From Auanema rhodensis (Eukaryota > Animalia > Nematoda), in NCBI GenBank assembly GCA_964057225.1, contig OZ059895.1, positions 19,654,001 through 19,718,000 on the forward strand: a DNA stretch of 64,000 nt, given 5' to 3'. The position numbers and the translations under genes were made by a program. Below the pieces are notes generated by a model that was not told the DNA's origin, ran no database searches, and saw only the letters and a list, made by a program, of their open reading frames with translations. The number at the start of each line of letters is the position of its first letter. Within the stretch, counting starts at the first letter, position 1. Positions 27,026 to 39,700 of this stretch are shown here, piece after piece.

Positions 27026-30000
27026 AAAAATGCACCGAGATATCAACTGATATAAGTTCACACTTATATCCTCGATTTTCACCCTGAAGAATTAATTTTT
27101 TCGTTGAATAACATTGTCCATCGTCTTTGCCTTAAAAAAAGGAATCTAAAAACATCTACTTTTTGATAAATTATTTTAAAATTTTTCGAAAAAATTTTTG
27201 TCAAAATGTTTTTGGAAGCAATGTTGAGTGTACATGGAAACTCAACATACACTAATGCATCATTTTTCAAACGATCATAACTAATTTTTCTATAAAGCGT
27301 TTCTCAATGTAGTATAGTGCATTCGATGCGGATTTTTAAGCTGCGTCGATCTGTGTTCTCAGATTTGCGCTAGCTTAAAAATGCACCGAGATATCAACTG
27401 ATATAAGTTCACACTTATATCCTCGATTTTCACCCTGAAGAATTAATTTTTTCGTTGAATAACATTGTCCATCGTCTTTGCCTTAAAAAAAGGAATCTAA
27501 AAACATCTACTTTTGCTAGATTATTTTGAAATTTCTCGAAAAAATTTTTGTCAAAATGTTTTTGGAAGCAATGTTGAGTGTACATGGAAACTCAACATAC
27601 ACTAATGCATAATTTTTCAAACGATCATAACTAATTTTTGTATTAAGCGTTTCTCAATGTAGTATAGTGCATTCGATGCGGATTTTCAAGCTGCGTCGAT
27701 CTGTGTTATCAGATTTGCGCTAGCTTAAAAATGCACCGAGATATCAACTGATATAAGTTCACACTTATATCCTCGATTTTCACCCTGAAGAATTAATTTT
27801 TTCGTTGAGTAACATTGTCCATCGTCTTTGCCTTAAAAAAAGGAATCTAAAAACATCTACTTTTTGATAAATTATTTTAAAATTTTTCGAAAAAATTTTT
27901 GTCAAAATGTTTTTGGAGGCAATGTTGAGTGTACATGGAAACTCAACATACACTAATGCATCATTTTTTAAACGATCATAACTAATTTTTTTATTAAGCG
28001 TTTTTCAATGTAGTATAGTGCATTCGATGCGGATTTTTAAGCTGCGTCGATCTGTGTTATCAGATTTGCGCTAGCTTAAAAATGCACCGAGATATCAACT
28101 GATATAAGTTCACACTTATATCCTCGATTTTCAACCTGAAGAATTAATTTTTTCGTTGAATAACATTGTCCATCGTCTTTGCCTTGAAAAAAGGAATCTA
28201 AAAACATCTACTTTTTGCTAAATTATATTGAAATTTTTCGAAAAAATTTTTGTCAAAATGTTTTTGGAAGCAATGTTGAGTGTACATGGAAACTCAACAT
28301 ACACTAATGCATCATTTTTCAAACGATCATAACTAATTTTTCTATAAAGCGTTTCTCAATGTAGTATAGTGCATTCGATGCGGATTTTTAAGCTGCGTCG
28401 ATCTGTGTTCTCAGATTTGCGCTAGCTTAAAAATGCACCGAGATATCAACTGATATAAGTTCACACTTATATCCTCGATTTTCACCCTGAAGAATTAAAA
28501 TCTAAAAACATCTACTTTTGCTAGATTATTTTGAAATTTCTCGAAAAAATTTTTGTCAAAATGTTTTTGGAAGCAATGTTGAGTGTACATGGAAACTCAA
28601 CATACACTAATGCATAATTTTTCAAACGATCATAACTAATTTTTGTATTAAGCGTTTCTCAATGTAGTATAGTGCATTCGATGCGGATTTTCAAGCTGCG
28701 TCGATCTGTGTTATCAGATTTGCGCTAGCTTAAAAATGCACCGAGATATCAACTGATATAAGTTCACACTTATATCCTCGATTTTCACCCTGAAGAATTA
28801 ATTTTTTCGTTGAGTAACATTGTCCATCGTCTTTGCCTTAAAAAAAGGAATCTAAAAACATCTACTTTTTGATAAATTATTTTAAAATTTTTCGAAAAAA
28901 TTTTTGTCAAAATGTTTTTGGAAGCAATGTTGAGTGTACATGGAAACTCAACATACACTAATGCATCATTTTTTAAACGATCATAACTAATTTTTTTTAT
29001 TAAGCGTTTTTCAATGTAGTATAGTGCATTCGATGCGGATTTTTAAGCTGCGTCGATCTGTGTTATCAGATTTGCGCTAGCTTAAAAATGCACCGAGATA
29101 TCAACTGATATAAGTTCACACTTATATCCTCGATTTTCACCCTGAAGAATTAATTTTTTCGTTGAGTAACAGTGTCCATCGTCTTTGCCTTAAAAAAAGG
29201 AATCTAAAAACATCTACTTTTTGATAAATTATTTTAAAATTTTTCGAAAAAATTTTTGTCAAAATGTTTTTGGAAGCAATGTTGAGTGTACATGGAAACT
29301 CAACATACACTAATGCATCATTTTTCAAACGATCATAACTAATTTTTCTATAAAGCGTTTCTCAATGTAGTATAGTGCATTCGATGCGGATTTTTAAGCT
29401 GCGTCGATCTGTGTTATCAGATTTGCGCTAGCTTAAAAATGCACCGAGATATCAACTGATATAAGTTCACACTTATATCCTCGATTTTCACCCTGAAGAA
29501 TTAATTTTTTCGTTGAATAACATTGTCCATCGTCTTTGCCTTAAAAAAAGGAATCTAAAAACATCTACTTTTTGATAAATTATTTTAAAATTTTTCGAAA
29601 AAATTTTTGTCAAAATGTTTTTGGAAGCAATGTTGAGTGTACATGGAAACTCAACATACACTAATGCATCATTTTTCAAACGATCATAACTAATTTTTCT
29701 ATAAAGCGTTTCTCAATGTAGTATAGTGCATTCGATGCGGATTTTTAAGCTGCGTCGATCTGTGTTATCAGATTTGCGCTAGCTTAAAAATGCACCGAGA
29801 TATCAACTGATATAAGTTCACACTTATACCCTCGATTTTCACCCTGAAGAATTGATTTTTTCGTTGAATCACATTGTCCATCGTCTTTGCCTTGAAAAAA
29901 GGAATCTAAAAACATCTACTTTTTGATAAATTATTTTAAAATTTTTCGAAAAAATTTTTGTCAAAATGTTTTTGGAAGCAATGTTGAGTGTACATGGAAA

Positions 30001-33000
30001 CTCAACATACACTAATGCATCATTTTTCAAACGATCATAACTAATTTTTCTATAAAGCGTTTCTCAATGTAGTATAGTGCATTCGATGCGGATTTTTAAG
30101 CTGCGTCGATCTGTGTTATCAGATTTGCGCTAGCTTAAAAATGCACCGAGATATCAACTGATATAAGTTCACACTTATATCCTCGATTTTCACCCTGAAG
30201 AATTAATTTTTTCGTTGAATAACATTGTCCATCGTCTTTGCCTTAAAAAAAGGAATCTAAAAACATCTACTTTTTGATAAATTATTTTAAAATTTTTCGA
30301 AAAAATTTTTGTCAAAATGTTTTTGGAAGCAATGTTGAGTGTACATGGAAACTCAACATACACTAATGCATCATTTTTTAAACGATCATAACTAATTTTT
30401 TTATTAAGCGTTTTTCAATGTAGTATAGTGCATTCGATGCGGATTTTTAAGCTGCGTCGATCTGTGTTATCAGATTTGCGCTAGCTTAAAAATGCACCGA
30501 GATATCAACTGATATAAGTTCACACTTATATCCTCGATTTTCACCCTGAAGAATTAATTTTTTCGTTGAATCACATTGTCCATCGTCTTTGCCTTGAAAA
30601 AAGGAATCTAAAAACATCTACTTTTTGATAAATTATTTTAAAATTTTTCGAAAAAATTTTTGTCAAAATGTTTTTGGAAGCAATGTTGAGTGTACATGGA
30701 AACTCAACATACACTAATGCATCATTTTTCAAACGATCATAACTAATTTTTCTATAAAGCGTTTCTCAATGTAGTATAGTGCATTCGATGCGGATTTTTA
30801 AGCTGCGTCGATCTGTGTTATCAGATTTGCGCTAGCTTAAAAATGCACCGAGATATCAACTGATATAAGTTCACACTTATATCCTCGATTTTCACCCTGA
30901 AGAATTAATTTTTTCGTTGAATAACATTGTCCATCGTCTTTGCCTTAAAAAAAGGAATCTAAAAACATCTACTTTTTGATAAATTATTTTAAAATTTTTC
31001 GAAAAAATTTTTGTCAAAATGTTTTTGGAAGCAATGTTGAGTGTACATGGAAACTCAACATACACTAATGCATCATTTTTTAAACGATCATAACTAATTT
31101 TTTTATTAAGCGTTTTTCAATGTAGTATAGTGCATTCGATGCGGATTTTTAAGCTGCGTCGATCTGTGTTATCAGATTTGCGCTAGCTTAAAAATGCACC
31201 GAGATATCAACTGATATAAGTTCACACTTATATCCTCGATTTTCACCCTGAAGAATTAATTTTTTCGTTGAATAACATTGTCCATCGTCTTTGCCTTGAA
31301 AAAAGGAATCTAAAAACATCTACTTTTCGCTAAATTATATTGAAATTTTTCGAAAAAATTTTTGTCAAAATGTTTTTGGAAGCAATGTTGAGTGTACATG
31401 GAAACTCAACATACACTAATGCATCATTTTTCAAACGATCATAACTAATTATTCTATAAAGCGTTTCTCAATGTAGTATAGTGCATTCGATGCGGATTTT
31501 TAAGCTGCGTCGATCTGTGTTATCAGATTTGCGCTAGCTTAAAAATGCACCGAGATATCAACTGATATAAGTTCACACTTATACCCTCGATTTTCACCCT
31601 GAAGAATTGATTTTTTCGTTGAATCACATTGTCCATCGTCTTTGCCTTGAAAAAAGGAATCTAAAAACATCTACTTTTGCTAGATTATTTTGAAATTTCT
31701 CGAAAAAATTTTTGTCAAAATGTTTTTGGAAGCAATGTTGAGTGTACATGGAAACTCAACATACACTAATGCATAATTTTTCAAACGATCATAACTAATT
31801 TTTGTATTAAGCGTTTCTCAATGTAGTATAGTGCATTCGATGCGGATTTTCAAGCTGCGTCGATCTGTGTTATCAGATTTGCGCTAGCTTAAAAATGCAC
31901 CGAGATATCAACTGATATAAGTTCACACTTATATCCTCGATTTTCACCCTGAAGAATTAATTTTTTCGTTGAGTAACAGTGTCCATCGTCTTTGCCTTAA
32001 AAAAAGGAATCTAAAAACATCTACTTTTTGATAAATTATTTTAAAATTTTTCGAAAAAATTTTTGTCAAAATGTTTTTGGAAGCAATGTTGAGTGTACAT
32101 GGAAACTCAACATACACTAATGCATCATTTTTCAAACAATCATAACTAATTTTTCTATAAAGCGTTTCTCAATGTAGTATAGTGCATTCGATGCGGATTT
32201 TTAAGCTGCGTCGATCTGTGTTATCAGATTTGCGCTAGCTTAAAAATGCACCGAGATATCAACTGATATAAGTTCACACTTATATCCTCGATTTTCACCC
32301 TGAAGAATTAATTTTTTCGTTGAATAACATTGTCCATCGTCTTTGCCTTAAAAAAAGGAATCTAAAAACATCTACTTTTTGATAAATTATTTTAAAATTT
32401 TTCGAAAAAATTTTTGTCAAAATGTTTTTGGAAGCAATGTTGAGTGTACATGGAAACTCAACATACACTAATGCATCATTTTTCAAACGATCATAACTAA
32501 TTTTTCTATAAAGCGTTTCTCAATGTAGTATAGTGCATTCGATGCGGATTTTTAAGCTGCGTCGATCTGTGTTCTCAGATTTGCGCTAGCTTAAAAATGC
32601 ACCGAGATATCAACTGATATAAGTTCACACTTATATCCTCGATTTTCACCCTGAAGAATTAATTTTTTCGTTGAATAACATTGTCCATCGTCTTTGCCTT
32701 AAAAAAAGGAATCTAAAAACATCTACTTTTGCTAGATTATTTTGAAATTTCTCGAAAAAATTTTTGTCAAAATGTTTTTGGAAGCAATGTTGAGTGTACA
32801 TGGAAACTCAACATACACTAATGCATAATTTTTCAAACGATCATAACTAATTTTTGTATTAAGCGTTTCTCAATGTAGTATAGTGCATTCGATGCGGATT
32901 TTCAAGCTGCGTCGATCTGTGTTATCAGATTTGCGCTAGCTTAAAAATGCACCGAGATATCAACTGATATAAGTTCACACTTATATCCTCGATTTTCACC

Positions 33001-34376
33001 CTGAAGAATTAATTTTTTCGTTGAGTAACATTGTCCATCGTCTTTGCCTTAAAAAAAGGAATCTAAAAACATCTACTTTTTGATAAATTATTTTAAAATT
33101 TTTCGAAAAAATTTTTGTCAAAATGTTTTTGGAGGCAATGTTGAGTGTACATGGAAACTCAACATACACTAATGCATCATTTTTTAAACGATCATAACTA
33201 ATTTTTTTATTAAGCGTTTTTCAATGTAGTATAGTGCATTCGATGCGGATTTTTAAGCTGCGTCGATCTGTGTTATCAGATTTGCGCTAGCTTAAAAATG
33301 CACCGAGATATCAACTGATATAAGTTCACACTTATATCCTCGATTTTCAACCTGAAGAATTAATTTTTTCGTTGAATAACATTGTCCATCGTCTTTGCCT
33401 TGAAAAAAGGAATCTAAAAACATCTACTTTTTGCTAAATTATATTGAAATTTTTCGAAAAAATTTTTGTCAAAATGTTTTTGGAAGCAATGTTGAGTGTA
33501 CATGGAAACTCAACATACACTAATGCATCATTTTTCAAACGATCATAACTAATTTTTCTATAAAGCGTTTCTCAATGTAGTATAGTGCATTCGATGCGGA
33601 TTTTTAAGCTGCGTCGATCTGTGTTCTCAGATTTGCGCTAGCTTAAAAATGCACCGAGATATCAACTGATATAAGTTCACACTTATATCCTCGATTTTCA
33701 CCCTGAAGAATTAAAATCTAAAAACATCTACTTTTGCTAGATTATTTTGAAATTTCTCGAAAAAATTTTTGTCAAAATGTTTTTGGAAGCAATGTTGAGT
33801 GTACATGGAAACTCAACATACACTAATGCATAATTTTTCAAACGATCATAACTAATTTTTGTATTAAGCGTTTCTCAATGTAGTATAGTGCATTCGATGC
33901 GGATTTTCAAGCTGCGTCGATCTGTGTTATCAGATTTGCGCTAGCTTAAAAATGCACCGAGATATCAACTGATATAAGTTCACACTTATATCCTCGATTT
34001 TCACCCTGAAGAATTAATTTTTTCGTTGAGTAACATTGTCCATCGTCTTTGCCTTAAAAAAAGGAATCTAAAAACATCTACTTTTTGATAAATTATTTTA
34101 AAATTTTTCGAAAAAATTTTTGTCAAAATGTTTTTGGAAGCAATGTTGAGTGTACATGGAAACTCAACATACACTAATGCATCATTTTTTAAACGATCAT
34201 AACTAATTTTTTTTATTAAGCGTTTTTCAATGTAGTATAGTGCATTCGATGCGGATTTTTAAGCTGCGTCGATCTGTGTTATCAGATTTGCGCTAGCTTA
34301 AAAATGCACCGAGATATCAACTGATATAAGTTCACACTTATATCCTCGATTTTCACCCTGAAGAATTAATTTTTTC
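25272..34376 (+). repeat. Duplicated block with 5216-bp (15-monomer) offset carrying a 47-bp-deleted monomer
   Basis: Shared markers are the 47-bp deletion (28498 and 33714), ggaggc (27918 and 33134), tcaacctg (28134 and 33350) and an extra T (~28995 and ~34211). attattct at 25884 and 31451 is offset by 5216+351. Confidence 0.9.
28429..28731 (+). repeat. Truncated 303-bp monomer (47-bp deletion of monomer pos 71-117 plus 1-bp deletion); second copy 33645-33947
   Basis: ccctgaagaattaa|aatctaaaaac junction at 28498/28499 and 33714/33715. Confidence 0.95.
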
Positions 34377-36755
34377 GTTGAATAACAATGTCCATCGTCT
34401 TTGCCTTAAAAAAAGGAATCTAAAAACATCTACTTTTTGATAAATTATTTTAAAATTTTTCGAAAAAATTTTTGTCAAAATGTTTTTGGAAGCAATGTTG
34501 AGTGTACATGGAAACTCAACATACACTAATGCATCATTTTTTAAACGATCATAACTAATTTTTTTATTAAGCGTTTTTCAATGTAGTATAGTGCATTCGA
34601 TGCGGATTTTTAAGCTGCGTCGATCTGTGTTATCAGATTTGCGCTAGCTTAAAAATGCACCGAGATATCAACTGATATAAGTTCACACTTATATCCTCGA
34701 TTTTCACCCTGAAGAATTAATTTTTTCGTTGAATAACATTGTCCATCGTCTTTGCCTTAAAAAAAGGAATCTAAAAACATCTACTTTTTGATAAATTATT
34801 TTGAAATTTTTCGAAAAAATTTTTGTCAAAATGTTTTTGGAAGCAATGTTGAGTGTACATGGAAACTCAACATACACTAATGCATCATTTTTCAAACGAT
34901 CATAACTAATTTTTCTATAAAGCGTTTCTCAATGTAGTATAGTGCATTCGATGCGGATTTGTAAGCTGCGTCGATCTGTGTTATCAGATTTGCGCTAGCT
35001 TAAAAATGCACCGAGATATCAACTGATATAAGTTCACACTTATATCCTCGATTTTCACACTGAAGAATTGATTTTTTCGTTGAATAACATTGTCCATCGT
35101 CTTTGCCTTGAAAAAAGGAATCTAAAAACATCTACTTTTGCTAGATTATTGTGAAATTTCTCGAAAAAATTTTTGTCAAAATGTTTTTGGAAGCAATGTT
35201 GAGTGTACATGGAAACTCAACATACACTAATGCATAATTTTTCAAACGATCATAACTAATTTTTGTATTAAGCGTTTCTCAATGTAGTATAGTGCATTCG
35301 ATGCGGATTTTTAAGCTGCGTCCATCTGTGTTATCAGATTTGCGCTAGCTTAAAAATGCACCGAGATATCAACTGATATAAGTTCACACTTATATCCTCG
35401 ATTTTCACCCTGAAGAATTAATTTTTTCGTTGAATAACAATGTCCATCGTCTTTGCCTTGAAAAAAGGAATCTAAAAACATCTACTTTTTGCTAAATTAT
35501 TGTGAAATTTCTCGAAAAAATTTTTGTCAAAATGTTTTTGGAAGCAATGTTGAGTGTACATGGAAACTCAACATACACTAATGCATAATTTTTCAAACGA
35601 TCATAACTAATTTTTGTATTAAGCGTTTCTCAATGTAGTATAGTGCATTCGATGCGGATTTTTAAGCTGCGTCGATCTGTGTTATCAGATTTGCGCTAGC
35701 TTAAAAATGCACCGAGATATCAAGTGATATAAGTTCACACTTATATCCTCGATTTTCACCCTGAAGAATTAATTTTTTCGTTGAATAACATTGTCCATCG
35801 TCTTTGCCTTAAAAAAATGAATCTAAAAACATCTACTTTTTGATAAATTATTTTAAAATTTTTCGAAAAAATTTTTGTCAAAATGTTTTTGGAAGCAATG
35901 TTGAGTGTACATGGAAACTCAACATACACTAATGCATCATTTTTCAAACGATCATAACTAATTTTTGTATTAAGCGTTTCTCAATGTAGTGTAGTGCATT
36001 CGATGCGGATTTTTAAGCTGCGTCGATCTGTGTTATCAGATTTGCGCTAGCTTAAAAATGCACCGAGATATCAACTGATATAAGTTCACACTTATATCCT
36101 CGATTTTCACCCTGAAGAATTAATTTTTTCGTTGAATAACATTGTCCATCGTCTTTGCCTTAAAAAAAGGAATCTAAAAACATCTACTTTTTGATAAATT
36201 ATTTTAAAATTTTTCGAAAAAATTTTTGTCAAAATGTTTTTGGAAGCAATGTTGAGTGTACATGGAAACTCAACATACACTAATGCATCATTTTTCAAAC
36301 GATCATAACTAATTTTTCTATAAAGCGTTTCTCAATGTAGTATAGTGCATTCGATGCGGATTTGTAAGCTGCGTCGATCTGTGTTATCAGATTTGCGCTA
36401 GCTTAAAAATGCACCGAGATATCAACTGATATAAGTTCACACTTATATCCTCGATTTTCACCCTGAAGAATTAATTTTTTCGTTGAATAACATTGTCCAT
36501 CGTCTTTGCCTTAAAAAAAGGAATCTAAAAACATCTACTTTTTGATAAATTATTTTAAAATTTTTCGAAAAAATTTTTGTCAAAATGTTTTTGGAAGCAA
36601 TGTTGAGTGTACATGGAAACTCAACATACACTAATGCATCATTTTTCAAACGATCATAACTAATTTTTCTATGAAGCGTTTCTCAATGTAGTATAGTGCA
36701 TTCGATGCGGATTTGTAAGCTGCGTCGATCTGTGTTATCAGATTTGCGCTAGCTT

Positions 36756-39700
36756 AAAAATGCACCGAGATATCAACTGATATAAGTTCACACTTATATC
36801 CTCGATTTTCACCCTGAAGAATTGATTTTTTCGTTGAATAACATTGTCCATCGTCTTTGCCTTGAAAAAAGGAATCTAAAAACATCTACTTTTGCTAGAT
36901 TATTGTGAAATTTCTCGAAAAAATTTTTGTCAAAATGTTTTTGGAAGCAATGTTGAGTGTACATGGAAACTCAACATACACTAATGCATAATTTTTCAAA
37001 CGATGATATAAGTTCACACTTATATCCTCGATTTTCACCCTGAAGAATTAATTTTTTCGTTGAGTAACATTGTCCATCGTCTTTGCCTTAAAAAAAGGAA
37101 TCTAAAAACATCTACTTTTTGATGAATTATTTTAAAATTTTTCGAAAAAATTTTTGTCAAAATGTTTTTGGAAGCAATGTTGAGTGTACATGGAAACTCA
37201 ACATACACTAATGCATCATTTTTCAAACGATCATAACTAATTTTTGTATTAAGCGTTTCTCAATGTAGTGTAGTGCATTCGATGCGGATTTTTAAGCTGC
37301 GTCGATCTGTGTTATCAGATTTGCGCTAGCTTAAAAATGCACCGAGATATCAACTGATATAAGTTCACACTTATATCCTCGATTTTCACCCTGAAGAATT
37401 AATTTTTTCGTTGAATAACATTGTCCATCGTCTTTGCCTTAAAAAAAGGAATCTAAAAACATCTACTTTTTGATAAATTATTTTAAAATTTTTCGAAAAA
37501 ATTTTTGTCAAAATGTTTTTGGAAGCAATGTTGAGTGTACATGGAAACTCAACATACACTAATGCATCATTTTTCAAACGATCATAACTAATTTTTCTAT
37601 AAAGCGTTTCTCAATGTAGTATAGTGCATTCGATGCGGACTTTTAAGCTGCGTCGATCTGTGTTCTCAGATTTGCGCTAGCTTAAAAATGCACCGAGATA
37701 TCAACTGATATAAGTTCACACTTATATCCTCGATTTTCACCCTGAAGAATTAATTTTTTCGTTGAATAACATTGTCCATCGTCTTTGCCTTAAAAAAAGG
37801 AATCTAAAAACATCTACTTTTTGATGAATTATTTTAAAATTTTTCGAAAAAATTTTTGTCAAAATGTTTTTGGAAGCAATGTTGAGTGTACATGGAAACT
37901 CAACATACACTAATGCATCATTTTTCAAACGATCATAACTAATTTTTGTATTAAGCGTTTCTCAATGTAGTGTAGTGCATTCGATGCGGATTTTTAAGCT
38001 GCGTCGATCTGTGTTATCAGATTTGCGCTAGCTTAAAAATGCACCGAGATATCAACTGATATAAGTTCACACTTATATCCTCGATTTTCACCCTGAAGAA
38101 TTAATTTTTTCGTTGAATAACATTGTCCATCGTCTTTGCCTTAAAAAAAGGAATCTAAAAACATCTACTTTTTGATGAATTATTTTAAAATTTTTCGAAA
38201 AAATTTTTGTCAAAATGTTTTTGGAAGCAATGTTGAGTGTACATGGAAACTCAACATACACTAATGCATCATTTTTCAAACGATCATAATTAATTTTTGT
38301 ATTAAGCGTTTCTCAATGTAGTGTAGTGCATTCGATGCGGATTTTTAAGCTGCGTCGATCTGTGTTATCAGATTTGCGCTAGCTTAAAAATGCACCGAGA
38401 TATCAACTGATATAAGTTCACACTTATATCCTCGATTTTCACCCTGAAGAATTAATTTTTTCGTTGAATAACATTGTCCATCGTCTTTGCCTTAAAAAAA
38501 GGAATCTAAAAACATCTACTTTTTGATGAATTATTTTAAAATTTTTCGAAAAAATTTTTGTCAAAATGTTTTTGGAAGCAATGTTGAGTGTACATGGAAA
38601 CTCAACATACACTAATGCATCATTTTTCAAACGATCATAACTAATTTTTGTATTAAGCGTTTCTCAATGTAGTGTAGTGCATTCGATGCGGATTTTTAAG
38701 CTGCGTCGATCTGTGTTATCAGATTTGCGCTAGCTTAAAAATGCACCGAGATATCAACTGATATAAGTTCACACTTATATCCTCGATTTTCACCCTGAAG
38801 AATTAATTTTTTCGTTGAATAACATTGTCCATCGTCTTTGCCTTAAAAAAAGGAATCTAAAAACATCTACTTTTTGATGAATTATTTTAAAATTTTTCGA
38901 AAAAATTTTTGTCAAAATGTTTTTGGAAGCAATGTTGAGTGTACATGGAAACTCAACATACACTAATGCATCATTTTTCAAACGATCATAATTAATTTTT
39001 GTATTAAGCGTTTTTCAATGTAGTGTAGTGCATTCGATGCGGATTTTTAAGCTGCGTCGATCTGTGTTATCAGATTTGCGCTAGCTTAAAAATGCACCGA
39101 GATATCAACTGATATAAGTTCACACTTATATCCTCGATTTTCACCCTGAAGAATTAATTTTTTCGTTGAATAACATTGTCCATCGTCTTTGCCTTAAAAA
39201 AAGGAATCTAAAAACATCTACTTTTTGATAAATTATTTTAAAATTTTTCGAAAAAATTTTTGTCAAAATGTTTTTGGAAGCAATGTTGAGTGTACATGGA
39301 AACTCAACATACACTAATGCATAATTTTTCAAACGATCATAACTAATTTTTGTATTAAGCGTTTCTCAATGTAGTATAGTGCATTCGATGCGGATTTTTA
39401 AGCTGCGTCGATCTGTGTTATCAGATTTGCGCTAGCTTAAAAATGCACCGAGATATCAACTGATATAAGTTCACACTTATATCCTCGATTTTCACCCTGA
39501 AGAATTAATTTTTTCGTTGAGTAACATTGTCCATCGTCTTTGCCTTAAAAAAAGGAATCTAAAAACATCTACTTTTTGATAAATTATTTTAAAATTTTTC
39601 GAAAAAATTTTTGTCAAAATGTTTTTGGAAGCAATGTTGAGTGTACATGGAAACTCAACATACACTAATGCATCATTTTTCAAACGATGATATAAGTTCA

